DNA of 64,000 nucleotides from Lama guanicoe (GCA_013239625.1 MU053557.1:4060123-4124122); one strand, 5' to 3'; counted from the stretch's first letter, positions 38,751 to 53,028 are shown. Numbers and translations: made by a program. Notes: generated from the letters alone by a model not told the origin.

Positions 38751-41430
38751 TCAGAATAGGCATCAATGAATCACACTGAAAAGCACAAGAAAATGCCATA
38801 GGAGAAGAACAAATAAAGTGCCTTCTGGATTGGAACAGATCAAAAACTGCATGCTGTCTTGGAAGCTGGAAAAGGCTTCAAGTAGAAGGTGGCATTTGAG
38901 ACAGACCATGTAAGAGATGCTGGAAGATGTGTGCTCAATGGAAAGAATAGAAGGATCAATAAACTGAGGGTAAAAATGCAGAGAGAAAGCAAGGGGGACA
39001 CGGAGCAGATCGTTTGCTTTGCAGGGATAAAGAGGAATAATTGGAGGCCAAACTGTAAATAGCAGACTTAGAAAAACTATGAACAGCCCAGAATCTGGTT
39101 GGCAATAGGAGTCCTTTGGAGGTTGTGATCAGGGAAATGGTATGCTCCAAGCTGTGTTCTAGAGCCTAACACCCTGGTCCAGATAAAGATAACATCACTT
39201 GTAGAGGGATGATGTCAGGAAGGATGGAGACAAGGAAATGCATGAGAAAAATCTACCAATTATATAACCAGATTGAATTTCCTCGTACTTCTCATGAAAT
39301 GAATAGCTTTATAGGAAACCACTTTCTGGCTGGTCAAAAATTGGTTTTTACTTCCAATTAGATATCTGGAATTAGCTTATGCAAAATCAATGAAGCACCA
39401 CTGTATAATGCATCTTCATTTGTTTACAGACAGCCAATACTCCATGGAGAAAGAAGGGAAGCAAAAGGAAAGAGACATACAAGGAGAGAATTCATCTGTA
39501 TCAAGGATGGTTCTTGCTGCTAAAGAAAAAAGGCCCTCAGATGGATCAGTCACCCCAGCAAGTGATGTAGGGGAGAAAGGCTTGACTTGGTAGGGTCTGG
39601 GTTCCATTTCCCCATTTCCAGCTCCAGGTAATCTCTTTATTCTTGGGGAAATTCTAGGTTAACTTCTCTGATGTGCTGCTTAGTTTCTTTATCTAAGTGA
39701 TGGGAGAATGAGACTTACCTTGTAAGGTTTCGTGTAAAATGCTCTCCACCAAGACTGACCCATAGGTAAGTGGCTGATGAATGGTCTCTAAAGCTGCTGC
39801 ATTATTGTTGGTCCTCACTTCTCTGATCACATCACCTCCCACTTTGCTGAGCACTGGGCACACATGCCAAGCTCCTTTCTGCCTTAGATTCTTTGCATTT
39901 GCTGTGCCCTTTGTCTGACATCATATTTCCCCTAGATCAACACATGACTGACTCCTCTTTAGCAATCTTGCCCCAGGTCACAGGAGGCTGACCTCCTTGA
40001 AGCTTTGTTTGACTACCCCAGGTAACGTACACACCCCTGCCTCACTCTTATTTTTTTTTTTTTGTTCTTTATAGCATTTGTGTGTATCTAAACTTGTCTA
40101 ATTCATGTGTGCAGGTCTCCTTGTTTGTTTTCTGGTTCCCAATAAGGGAGCAGGGACTTTATCAATATTGTTTATGAATGGACTTCTGGCAACAGACCCT
40201 GGCACATAGTAGGTGTTTAAAAAATCTGTTTCTGTAAACATGGTAGTGCTGCTGACAGCATTAAACTATGTAACACATAGAAATCACCTAGTACATAGTG
40301 AGTACTGAATCTATGTTAGCTCTTCCCCCTTGCACTGGTCCAGAGAATGGCTGCTCCAAAGTGAATAAACACAATTTGGAAGGAAACAAGAAAGGAGACA
40401 GTTGTCCAAGTCTAGGTTAGTCGCCTCAGTTAATTTCTGACGTCTAGCTCTCCGCCTTGACACAGCAGGTACGTCACAGGGTGCGAAGGCTTAGGTTGTC
40501 ATTCTAGGTGGGAGCTTCAGGAGATGGGCTGTTTTCTGTGTGCAGGAAGAGGTTTTGTAAATAAGCGGACAGGTGTGATTCTGAGGAGAGTCATCGGGAG
40601 AACTAGCTCACAGGGGTCTTATGAATGCTTTAGAAAAATTGAGGAGGAGGGAAAACCAAGCACCAACACAGACTTTTAGTGGAGAGTTCCTGGTCCAGCT
40701 GCTTAGGGTTTTTGACTCTCAAGAAGGCTCTTTCCAGAGATGGATTATAATGAGCAGAAAGACCCATATCTACCTGTTCTTCAACGTATTCTGACCTATT
40801 GCAATGGAGTTCCAGGTAAATTTGTGTACGGAGAAAGGATTCTAATTTAAAAACCTAATTCTTGTCTACCCCCTGTATTTTATATGTAAGATGATGGTGG
40901 CTCCAAGGATTAAACAGAAAACTTGGGGTGAGTACCGTGCCCCTGACTGCTGATGGGGGTCTTTCCATTGCCCCATACTCAGAAGAGCTGGGGCCTGGAT
41001 TTCATTGACACATACTCTAGGCCTAATAACCCAGGAGCTCCAGGGGAAGAGAGCTGTACTCCAGAATCCTGAGTGGTTCATGACATCAAAAAAGGAGGCT
41101 CATTCTTAATCACCTCAATCCAAGACCTCTGGTTATACAGTACAGCTGTCACGCTGCCTTGAATTATTCCTATGGTATGTGCCCTGAGTGTGACTGGGCT
41201 GGATCCTTCTCCATCCTCTGCTTGTGGGATGACCGTGTAAAAGAGGTCAGTCCTAGCACTTGAGGCCGAGCAATATGGCAGGCAGACAGACAGACAGACA
41301 GACAGACGGAGAATCACATTATCAAGGGGCCCTGGACTTCTGTCTTAACCTTGAGGAGAGAACTTGATACAGAGACAGAAAATTCTCCAGCTTCAAATGC
41401 CCAACGCTTCCACGGGATGAATGGGTTGGG

Positions 41431-41481
41431 CTACAGAGGTTACCAAGAAGCTCTACAGAGGTTACCAAGAAGCTCTACAGA
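41431..41481. repeat. 22-bp tandem repeat ctacagaggttaccaagaagct x2.3
   Basis: Exact copies at 41431-41452 and 41453-41474, partial to 41481. Confidence 0.95.
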
Positions 41482-41508
41482 ACTGAGGCACATAACTGAC
41501 TTTGGCAT

Positions 41509-41514
41509 TTTATT
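41509..41514 (-). terminator. HTR4: Candidate distal poly(A) signal of HTR4 b/c transcripts
   Basis: AATAAA on minus strand, TGTA motifs upstream, GT/T-rich sequence downstream. Confidence 0.6.
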
Positions 41515-43352
41515 GTGAATTCAAAATTCTGTCAATAGTTTTAAGACTTAAGATTTTCCTCCATATATGTTTTATATAAACACGTACAGACTGTACAAAT
41601 ATAAACATGTGTAACTTATCAATGTTTATCAATAAATAGAGAGAATTTATCAATGAAAAAACCAAATCCATGTAGGCTCCTGTTTTTTCCCAGAACACAT
41701 TCTTGGGAATGGCATCAAAAAGTGGATCATTATAAAGCCAAAGGTGTTCTCCACAGAAACAAATTAGAATCAGGGTTCCTAGTACTTCAAAGCTTTAGCT
41801 CCAGACAAATCATAGGCATAACTAACAATTTCATAAAAGCAAAAAAACTACATCATTAAAATTTATAATCCATTGAAGTTATATAATTAAGCTCCACGTT
41901 CTCTGTAACAGGCACACATGTATTTTACACGTCGATTTCCTAAGGGAACTCTGCCCTAGAAACTGTGTATGAGTGGCCCCACTTGTAATTCTGCTTTACT
42001 AAAAACGTAAACAAAATTAAGGTGCTAGCTAAATAACATTAAACCATAATTAATAATCATTTACACAGACTGATTAGAAAACAATCTTAAAATTATCTCA
42101 TTCAGCATTTTAGTAGACTATATAACAGTCTTATCAGCTGGTAATTTATAGTCTGGTCCATGTTTGAGGGTTCTTTTCATAGTATTTACATATATATAAA
42201 TATGAAGAAAGAGAGAGAGAATTTATGGGGTGGGGATAATTTCAACGACCTGTCTTTTTTCTCCAATAAATGTTTTCATGGCAAAAAGGCATTTGAATTT
42301 ATTCTATGTGACACTGAAGTTACACGAAAAATTTGTTTTTAGTTCCCATCTCTCTCCACCCATTCCTTTACTCTGAGAACAACAAAATCTCTTCAAATCA
42401 GAGTTTTTCTGATGTATAAATTGCAGTGATGGTGTGTGTTGAGTAACCTAGAGTGACCAAACACCGAGGGAGTGAATTTGGAAGAACTGACCCCCAAAAG
42501 ATGCTGTCTTGGTACTGTTTTTTTTTTTAACATAGAAAGCTCACTCACTAAATCGGTTCACTCCTTCATGAAGAAATTTTTAGTCCTTGAGAGCCCAGGA
42601 GCATCCAAAGTCATTCAATGTCATAATAAACAAATAGAATGGCATTTTATGATTTACATAATGGGTCACAAAAATTATCTTATTTATCTCCACAATAACT
42701 TTGTTGACAGATTTCAAAGAAGGCAGGAGAGATTGTTTCCGAGGCCAGAGAGGTCCAGCTGTTAGTTCAGCATCACACAGTAAGTCAGCAGCTGATTCAG
42801 TGCCTGTGCTGCTTCTCTGCTGCACCCGTCCTTACTACGTGTTCATGGAGGCGGTAGTCAGTGTGTAGCAACCAGACAGACAGTGTGGGTCTCACTGCCA
42901 GGTTCAGGGCCTTGGGACTCAAAACCTTGCTGCTCTTTCTTTTGTATTAGAGAAGAATCATCCTCAAATAGGCGGTTGCCTCCTAAGTCCCAATCTAGAA
43001 TCGGCAGAGGAATAATGACTTGGAAAAGCAAAGATGATTGGTCCAGCGAGAGTCACTGTGAACATCAGGACTTAAACTTTCTTCAAATATGATGAGAATA
43101 GGTCCCCAGATGAATCTGCTCCACTGATCAGTGAGATCCCCAGCCTACACCAGGAGAATTTCAACATGGCACAGCATTTCTAAATAGCATTCAGGAATTT
43201 GAAGTCACTTTTCTTGTTAGAGGCTTTTTCCCTTCTCTAAGGCATGCCTTTCTTCCCAGAAAAATTGTAAGCCTTTGCAGAACACAGAATTTTCATTTTA
43301 TTGATTGATTGATTGATTGCATTTGGATGGCTTTGAGGCAATCTTCTCTTCC

Positions 43353-43392
43353 TCATTCCAAAGTCTCTTTCCAGTCTGGTGCAATTCCAGAA
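43353..43392 (-). CDS. HTR4: HTR4 exon c homologue, short tail [S]SGIAPDWKETLE*, frameshifted relative to human c
   Basis: gttacctttag|T TCT GGA...; shifted frames encode KRLWNEEEKI and LGRKACLREGK, resembling the long human c tail as recalled. Confidence 0.65.
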
Positions 43393-44979
43393 CTAAAGGT
43401 AACATCAATGGAAATGAAAACAGACTTATTCAGCAGCAGGAATAAGGACAGTATGATAAAGTCCTGAGATTCTATCAAATCACAGCCAAGACCAAAGCTG
43501 AAACCTTACACAGGTCTGGGATGTGGCAGCATTTACCACCCTGGGACCTTCACTCTGGGGCAGCTGGCAAGAGCCATGAACTCAGCTTTGAATGAAGGAC
43601 ATTCAGGTTTACCTGAAAGGCAAAGCTGGCAAGGTCAAGGGTCTAGAAGGCCCAAATGAGACAGCTAGTTCCTTTGGAACAAAGTCAAAAGGCAGGCAGG
43701 CCATGCCTTTTCGAGGTAGCTGACGGCTGTAGCAGCATCCTGTTGTCATAGAAACGGAGAGAATCTGAGTGATCTCCTGGTCCAAACTGCAGTTGACAGA
43801 TGCAGAAAGTGAGGTCAAGGAATGGAAGGGCATGGGTCCCGATCTCATAGCGTGTTAGGAGCAGAGCCAGGGCTGGAATTCATGTTCTCTGACTTCAAGT
43901 GAAGCAATGTCTTCTGATCCCCAGCACTGCTTGGTCCTGCCTCCTCCACTGGGGAAACTGCAGTGAGAGACAAGTCTTGGTGGTGTGAGCCTCCAACAGG
44001 TCTCTCCTTTGGGACCAACATGGCCAGATTCAAGGTTATAAATTGGTACCATGGGCTTTGCCACAAACTCATGGGAAAGATTCCAAAGTCTTTTAGTAAA
44101 TGCTATGATGCCACTGGCCCTGCCCAAGGCTCTTTAGGACAAGGTCTGTTCTAGGAAGACGAGTGTCTCAGAGCAGAAGGTCCTGGGGCCCCAGGACTAG
44201 CAGGGGAGCTGTCCGTCTTCGGCTTCCCTCGGGGGTTGCCGCAGAGGCTGTTATCTCCTGAAGGATCTTTGCCCGGTTTCTTCCATGGTGAATAAATGGA
44301 GCATGTCCTGAAAGGACTGACATGGACACAAGCAAGAGCAAGTGGAACTCTGTGACTGACACAGGGGCTGACCAGGAGGACGCACATTTGGACCCAGACT
44401 CCTGGAGGAAAGTGCATTAGTATCTGGCACAGAGCAGGACAGAGATGAGCCAGAGAGTCGCTTGAACATGGCTGTGACAGACGTGAACAAGCAAGAGATG
44501 TGTGCTTTTTGACCAAGACAGGCACAGGGAGGATGTGTTCTGACAGTGTCTGTGAGCAGGCACAGCAAAGAAGGAATATTCGGAGACATCTATGACTGAG
44601 ATAGGACACGGTGACTGATCATGTTTGGAACACGAGCGAGACAAAGCAGGCACAGTAAGGGGACTTATCGGAGAGAACAGAGAGCGTGCAGCAAGGGCAA
44701 GATGCCACGAAGAGGGAGCGCTGGGAAATGAAAAGATCCCTTCAAGGAGGATCCCTGGAGGAGAACCCCCAGGGAACAAGGGGGCTGTCCTGTCCCCTGA
44801 CTCCCTCAAGTGCCACTTGCTGGAATCCTGGAGGAAAAGCCCAATGGACGTGAAGGGACTGCACCAACAGATGAAGTGCTGGATGAAGAGAATACCAGAT
44901 GCAGTCACGCACAAGCAGCAGCTTAGATCTGGCCCTCTCCCAGAGGGATGGCTGTCTTCCGGGTCACTGCCCCAGGGGC

Positions 44980-45070
44980 CTAAGTGTCTCTGGGATGAGC
45001 AGCCACCAAAGGAGAAGTTGCTGGGGGGTGGTATTGACTCTCCCATTGGCCACCACACTCCACTGCATCC
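44980..45070 (-). CDS. HTR4: HTR4 terminal exon b ([R][29 protein letters not shown])
   Basis: Minus strand cttctcccctctctag|G GAT GCA GTG...ACT TAG; matches the 5-HT4(b) tail. Confidence 0.95.
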
Positions 45071-48000
45071 CTAGAGAGGGGAGAAGATCATAGAACCTCA
45101 GAGTTGGAATGAATGTCACATGTGGTCTGATGAAAGAGCCCACCCACTGCAGGAAAGCCCCTCATGCCATGCAGATGGGTGGTTGTTTAGCCCCGACTTA
45201 GGAATCTCCACTGACTAGCCAGGCTATATTATTTTTGAGCAACTTTAGTTATCAGAAAGAGCTTATTAATGTGCAGCCCAAATCAGCCTTCCTACAGCTT
45301 CTACCCAGTGGAACTGCTATGCCCTCCAGGCCCACTCAAAATTCTTCCCTCCGCTAATTACGTCCTCCAAATTTTCTCTTCTCCAGGTTACACATTCCCA
45401 TTTTCTTTACTAGTTCATTATATATTATGTTTTCTAGATTATTGCCACAAGGGGCACTGTCTTCAACACAATTCTTATTATGATTATCTCTCTCGAAATA
45501 TAGTACCAGAAAAGAGCCCAGGTGTATATAGTGAGCCTCATTTATACCATGCACTTTTCATCATCAATTTACTTCTATGAATGTGGTCAACATTAAGTTC
45601 ATTTCTGACAGTGGTAATACGATATAGGCTTATATGTTATGTAAGCGGGCTGCCAACTTCTATCTTTTTGAAACAGACGTCAGCTCCTCTGGTTCTTTAT
45701 TACACTGGTGCATTTTTTTTGTTTTATTTTATTTTGAGCCAAAATGTAGGGCACTACACTTGTCCTAGTTAAATTTCATTTTACTGGTTTGGTATCACTT
45801 TAGTCAATTTAGATCATTCTAAAGCGTAACAACTTCAGCATTCAAGGTAGGATTACTTAGCACCCTTGCCAAGGAGAGGAGTTGTGAAGAATGGAAAACG
45901 GAGCAGCTTCTAACTCCGTGGAGGACTCACAACCAGCTTCCTCTCAGTGGGGGCTCGAGAATAATGACAGGGTGTTCCTGCGCCCCATACGGCCTGGGCA
46001 GCCTCACCTGACACTACTGTACTAAACTAATTGTTGTTAACAGTTTAATGTCGACTGCCTCTTAGGTCTTCATTCAAGATACAAAGTCATAGTGCGACAC
46101 GTTGTACCCCAAGAGGCCTCGTTCCAGTGCAAAAAACCACACTCAGCACACACAGCTACAACACTCACTGAGCCCCTCCCACTTTCAACCACAAGGCCAC
46201 CCACTAACTCAGTGATGTGAACAGCACACCAGAAGACAGAGGCCTGGGTTCTAATGCTCTTTTAGCCTGCATCCATCCGTGCTTCAGTGACTTAGTCCCC
46301 TTCCTGTGCCTCACTTTCCCCATTTGTTAGACAAGGAGGATTATCTTTAAGGTCTTTTGCAGCTCTGACATTCTGGTTCTATGGGCAGCAGAAATGGTGG
46401 GTGACAAACACAGACCTTCTGACTGGGCACCAGCTGTGTGTGGGACTGTTCTCCAAAGCTGTGGGTAATTGCTTCAAATTTGGCTTTTAATATTCTATTG
46501 TTAGTATCTGATACTTTACATTCTGTGTGGAGGGAAAAGGTTTCACTGGAAACACAGGGAGAATCATTTTTGGATTTGTATTAAAGAATTTGAAAGACCT
46601 CAATTTCTGAATCTGTGAAATTACATGGCAAAGCTGTTAAGTGTATCTGGATAGGATAGGATAGCGAGGGGCTGAGATGCCACAACTTAAAATGCAGTGA
46701 GATCACAACTGTCTCTCCTTAAACATATGCTTGATCAGAAATATTGGCAGAGCCACTTAAAATCTCTGATGCAAAACATCATTGAAAAAGAATCTCTGAT
46801 ATTTTTAACAGATGAGTTTTTTAAAATGCTGTTTCTTGTTTTAATAGTTTTAGTAAAATCCTCTACAATTTATGGAGCATTTCTGTAACATTTCCCACAT
46901 TTAATCTTCAATGGAAATCTATAAGGAAGCAGGATACAGAGCATTATTTCAAACAATACTCTGTGCAATGTAGATGCAATGTAGGGGCATGGATTGACTG
47001 ACAGGTAACAGCGGATACAGTGCTATGAATCAGAATTCTGCCTCCCAAATCAGGAATTCTATCCACCGGGAAACATGGAAATCATTTCTGCGGTGGGTAG
47101 AGTTTTATAGTGAAGTTTAATACAAATGGTTGATGAAATAGACTTACAATTACTTTCATTCCATAAGAAGGAGGAAGAGGAAGAGGAGAAGGAAGAGGAG
47201 GAAAAGAGACAAAGGATCACTAGCTAAGTCATCTTTCACAAAATTGTCCAGAGATTGTGCATCAGAATTACCTTAGGTACCCCCAGCAAATACAGATTCA
47301 CGAGATCCACACCACACCACACCACACCCTCAACAGTGAGAGATGAGAGGGCAGGGGTAGGGCAAGTAAAGTAGAAATCTGCATTTTAAAAAAGTGTTCC
47401 TACACGATTCTTACGCACACAGGATTATGAGTCCCTGAAGACGTATATTCTACTCACACCTGAGGCAGAGCTTAGCACTAGAGACATAGGGAGCAGTGAA
47501 GAGAAAGTCCAAGTGAGTGGGAAGGGCCAGAGCTAGCAGTGTGAGGCATTCAGTGATTATGCACAAGTGATAGGAATAAAAGCACTGAAATTCGTGCAAA
47601 CAATCCCTTTTAGCAAAGTGGACCAGCAGTATTTGTTGGCTTCCATGACACTGATGAAGAAATGAGAAAAGACTTGGTGATGAGCCACGAAAAGGAGGTG
47701 GCAAAAAACGTACAGAGATGCCGCAAAGCAATAATTTTAAGGTGCTTTCCATGTGATGGGACAAAAAAAATAAAAGCCAGATTGCTTGGATACAATTAGC
47801 TGATAAAAACTAACTGAACTGTTTCTAAATAGTGAGCACATACTTGTATTAACGTTATCAGAAAGTTCAAAGATTCAAAAGGTGATGACCTAGGCCAATT
47901 TTTTCACTTGTCTTTAGATCACTATCAACCAGAACATATTGACTCTGGAAGATGCAGTATTTCCCAAACATGGAATATGTTCCATGGGTGATATGCCAAA

Positions 48001-51000
48001 CAATGGAATACAGTATTAAGTCATTTTAATCACGGTGAGGAGATTCAATACTTCTTTCAGTCATTCTGCTTATTTTAAAGAGAAAGACTCAGTTTGGCCC
48101 CACTCTGGCTTTAAGTCTCTAATACCTAAAAGAATAGAGAGCAGGCTTTTGACTCGGAGCACTTGGCAAGCAATGGGATCAAGTTAAATTCTGATAATAA
48201 TTCACGCAAGTAATAATAATTTGTCTTCTTTTCTTTTCATTGGTTTATTTTAAAAATCATCTTCTTTATATGGGTTTGCATTTAAGGTCATGATACAGAG
48301 TTTCCTCTAGAAATAGATTTATTCAGATTAAAAATGTATTTAAAGACAAATAGTAAATAAATAATAGCTTGGGTAGAATGCTGACATGGGTGAAAATTGT
48401 GAAAATAGTAGGCAAATTACAAAAATCTCTATCAGGTAGATGAGAAAACTGAACTGCAGGGAGCATAGTGTCTTGGAAGGGACATAAAGTACCACATCCT
48501 CAGGGTGGAAACTCTGGGATCTTAGGCCAGCATTCATTCTATTATTTTGTGCTACTTACAGTAAGGACCCTAAAGAGTTGCATTTATAGTTTGGGATGCC
48601 TAACCTTGTAGGCTGAACAAACTGTATTCCCAGGGGCCCCTTAATTCCATCACCAGCCTCAGATATACCCATGTTTCAACATGCTAAAGTGCAAGATCAA
48701 ATTAGTAGGTATGGCTTATTTTAATCCCAATGCACCGCTGTTTCTCACAGTTATACGTACATGTAACTAAAGTCAAACCAGTTTCCTTGTGAGACTTTTT
48801 TCCATTGTCTACCACAGTTTCTAAATGACAAATGAAAGATTGGAACTTTGAATCTTTGGAGGCTCAGGCTGCCTGCTTTTTCTGCTGAACTATTTCGATA
48901 TGACAGAACCTAAAAATACGTAGGGGAAAACATCTTAAAAGTATGGATCCATAATAAAAACAGCCAATATTTACTGAGTATTTAATATGTACCACTAACT
49001 GTGCTAAGCTAATCATGGATTATCTCATATAATTTTCACCACAATCTTATCACAAAAGTTTTAATATTTACAGGCTCTAGTTGAGTGGAATGAGGACTAG
49101 TAACTTGCCTACGTCAAACATGTAGGGAGAGGTGGAGCCACGATCCAAACCAGGCAATCCAATTCAGTTTCACTGCACCAGCATCACTAAATGTGCACAT
49201 TCACCAAACAGGCATCCTCGACTCTTAGACACTGCAGGTAGGAAAATGTCCTGCTCTTGAGAAGCTGCCCAGATGAGCAGAGGATGTGTTGGGTGCATAA
49301 AAGTACTTAAGATCCCACAGGATGAGCTGAGCCTCCAAGCAAAAGAAAAGCAGGTGGTATGAGAGCCCAGAAAAGGAAGTGATTAGCTTGGAGGCTGAGG
49401 GAGCAGGGATCAGGAGAGTTTAAAGAGTCCATATTGGAACCTTATGCTGTTGCCTCAAGGAATAAGTAGGCTTGTGCCAGGCAAGAAAGTGAGAAAGAGT
49501 ATTTGAGGCAGCAAAAGTAATCCAGAGACTGGAGAATTAACTATTTATTTAAGGAAAATGATCAATTTAGCATGCTTATTGCATAGGGAGTTAGGTTGGG
49601 GGAAAGTTGAGGGAAATGAGTTGGAAAACCAGACTGGTCAGGCAAGAAGACATACCCTTCACTATCTGCCCATTGCAAGTCACACTATATTGCTCAAGGT
49701 TATTCTATCATAGCTCAATCCAGCTGGCATTTACAGTTTAAAATCCCACATGCCTGAATGGCCTTTCCATCCTCTTGAACAATACATATGAAATAGCTTC
49801 TCTCTCTATGGTTATGTTATACGCATAGTCCCAAAGGAAAACATTATAATGTGCAACCCTGCCAGTGTCTTGCCTTGGATAATAAGCTGCACTGCAGTGG
49901 GAGTAGAGACAGACAACTAACTACCAGATAAGTTGCTTGGGGTATTTGAACAAATCACTTCTGAAGCCCTTCCCATGTCTACAAATCAAAAGTTCTGCAT
50001 GATTTCAAGAGTTTCCAATTAATTAGCAAGGAGCACACCTTCATGGTTAATGGCAAGGAGCATAGCTTAGTGGTTAACAACCAGGGCTCTGAAATCAGAT
50101 GAACATCTGTTAGAATCTTGGCCCTACCACTCACCAGTTATAGGACATAAGCCAAGTTATTTAATCTCTCTGAGTCTCAATTTCCCCATCAGGAAAATGG
50201 GGATAATAATACTTGCTCCCATGATTATATTAAGGATTCAATAAGATGACATAGGTAATGAATGCACTTAGCTCAGTGCTGAGCATATAAAGCCAGTGCT
50301 CAGGAAATGGTAGACGCTAAGAATGATGATAATGAAGATGGTGATGTCTGGACAAGGAAACCAAATTATTTGTAGGCAATTCCTTATTATACATGACAAT
50401 CATATACACATACACTCCTTTCCCTAAAGTCAGAAACTCACAGCAGGCAATGACAATTCACAAACAGAATAAAAATTACATTATACCAGCCAGCAAGGGA
50501 AATAAAAGTCTGAAAAGAATAAAAGGAATATGAGCAGGCACTGAATATATTTGTTTGTCAGGTTTATCAAAATACAGATTTACTCATTTCTTAGAGAATA
50601 AAAAGTTCCCCAAGAACAATTCTAGCTGTGAAATGTTTCAAAGAATCCTGCTAAAAATAACCTAAAATAGCCATGTGAATGAGAAAAGACAATTCAGAAA
50701 TCACTTAGTGAAAAGCAAATTCTTGGCTCTCTGGTCGAATATAAACCAGAGCACACTCATGTTTGTTTCTATAACTAGAAGCCATCCGTTGGGTTTCCTT
50801 GCTCAAAGGTGAGAGATGACTTCACACACTTCTTGTAGGACAGCAGCTAGACCTTTCTCCCTCATTTCCTTCTCCACAATTCCCCAATCCCTGCAGTTGA
50901 AGTAATTTTCCCTCTCCTTCTGAACTTACAGCTCAGGAACTATCCTGTCCCTTATGAGGAGGATATTATGGTGACTTTGACACCAAACCACTTCCCCTCA

Positions 51001-52805
51001 GACCTGTTCTGACAATGAACCAGTGTTCCAGAAACAGGAGCCTTGTCTTCCCGACCTGTGTTCTGCCCTTTCGCCTACTAAGAGGATGATTATGACAGGG
51101 AGAACACAATTTACCAGTAACTTATTCCAGGCACTATATGTACAGTGTATCACACCAGCCTCAGAACAGTCTCATGAGGCAAGAACCACCTTTACTCCCA
51201 CTTTTGCACAGGAAGAAATCAAGGCACTGAGAGGTCAAGTAACTTGCCCAGGATCACACAGCTTCAAAGTGGCAGGACCTGAATTCAGGTCCATCAAATG
51301 CCAAGTTCTATGTTTTCAGCCATAACCCTGCACTGATTCAGCAGTGCTGTCACTTCCCCTAGGCTGGGGTGCTGCCTTGTTACTTCCAGAGCCTGAAGTC
51401 CTGGTCCTAACCGTGCCCACGTCAGAAAGGAAGAACATGAAAAACAGATTGAAGGCACATTTCTTCATAGGATAGGTCTCCTTCTCCCTACAAATCTTTA
51501 AACAGTAATTCTTTTCATATTAAAGCCTCAAACAATATAAACTTATCCTGATGCATAGATATGACAATATTTTTCTCAAACATAATCTCATGTATCAAAT
51601 CAGTTGTTTACCACCGAGCACTCACAGAGCCTAGGAATGGATTTCTTCCTTAAGTGTGTCTAAATTTCCCACTGGACAGATTACTAGAAGAATCATAAAG
51701 GGAAAGAGGTTGGCCCCTGCAATTGACAATATCACCTCTGGTACATCTTCCCACTGGTAACCTTTCCAGAAGGTCTCCATCTTCAACCAAACAAAATGCT
51801 ACACCAGCTGAAGTAGGGTTTTCTCTTTTGTATTTAACTGGACTGTGGGAGGACTTCTGTGGTTCTGTATTTCACACAATCACAAAGGAAGTGCCTGAGA
51901 ATGTCTCCTTCAACCTCCCACCTCTTTCCTGGCCATGCTGACTAAAAATCAGTCAATGCTTCCAGGGATCCATGGTCAATCAACACTTCTAAGTGACTGG
52001 TGATCATCCAATTTTCTCTTTCTACTTTATTAGGAATATCTTAGTAAAAGGGTCCGTTCCATTTTCTGCTAAAATAAATATTCTTAAAGCTTCAATACTT
52101 TGTACCCACCTCTCTCGGGACGTTGCAGAATAAACTGGATCCTTCTTTCCCATAACAGTCCTCAGTTATATTAAAAACAAGGCTTATGATCTGAATTTTC
52201 TTCAGATCCTAAACTCAGCATCCCCCATTCTTTATGTTCTTCATATGTCATGAATTCTGCAAAGAAAGTCATGATGTTTATACTCTCCTGGAGACACTCT
52301 AGTTTGCTGACACCCAGAATAAGATGAAACTTACACTACTTCTATGGGTCAGGGTTGGGCATCATTACTCTGTGGACTAAGCACACATTTACACAGGGGT
52401 ATGGTTTTCTGGTGGGTCTCCTAGTGTGCTTTGGAGGCAATTCCTTCCTGAACAGCTGCTCTGACTAAATTGGGATGGCTGCATCCCTGCCAAGTACACG
52501 CTGTAAGGGAACAAGCTCAGAGAGTCTGCCTCATGGAAAGGGCTTATCTGCAAGGTTACCGCCGGCACTCGAACCACGGACATTCAGGGCACTTCCTCTC
52601 AGAAACAACAGTTGCCTTCTGTGGGTTTTTTCCCACCCCCCTGTCTTGTCTTGGGAGTAGATGTGTATTAAGAGGAGCCAAAGGATGCAGGAGCTGAACG
52701 GATGTGGGCAGATAAAAGCACATATAACTCCTGGCATTGTTCAAAGACCTCTCCTGCAGTGGTAAGGAGGTGCTTTGTTGCAAAGCTCAGAGGATTAGTT
52801 TAAAG

Positions 52806-53028
52806 CAGAGTTTCTCAATCTCTGCACTGTTTTGAAATTTGGAACCAGACAATTCTTTGCGAGGGAGAGGATGGGAGTCCCATGCATTCTAAGATGTTTA
52901 GTAGCATCTCTGGCCTCTATCCACTGGATGCCAGTGGCATCCACCAGCTGTGAAAACCAAAAATGCCTCCAGACATTGCCAAATATGCCCTGGTAAACAA
53001 AACTGTCCACAGTTGAGACCTATCACTG
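52806..53028 (-). mobile_element. MER20-like hAT-Charlie MITE
   Basis: cagagtttctcaatctctgcact...gatgtttagtagcatctctggcctctatccactggatgccag...ctccagacattgccaaat. Confidence 0.85.

Larger units (their letters stand above)
41490..44979 (-). other. HTR4: Probable long 3'UTR of HTR4 isoform b
   Basis: Largely unique sequence after the b stop, ending in an AU/TGTA-rich block with AATAAA at 41514-41509. Confidence 0.55.

Noticed and set aside
41431..41481. CRISPR-like or other prokaryotic repeat array
   Set aside because: Adjacent tandem copies without spacers in a spliced mammalian locus.
44417..45074. Longest ORFs in the track (213 aa minus, 149 aa plus)
   Set aside because: They overlap exon b and its GC-richer UTR out of frame or antisense; the real coding part is 44980-45070.
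45740..46200. Possible homologue of the human 5-HT4(i) insert exon upstream of exon b (a CAG|gtgagg donor near 46005)
   Set aside because: No open 120-nt frame or convincing peptide match found; part of the region looks like L3/CR1.
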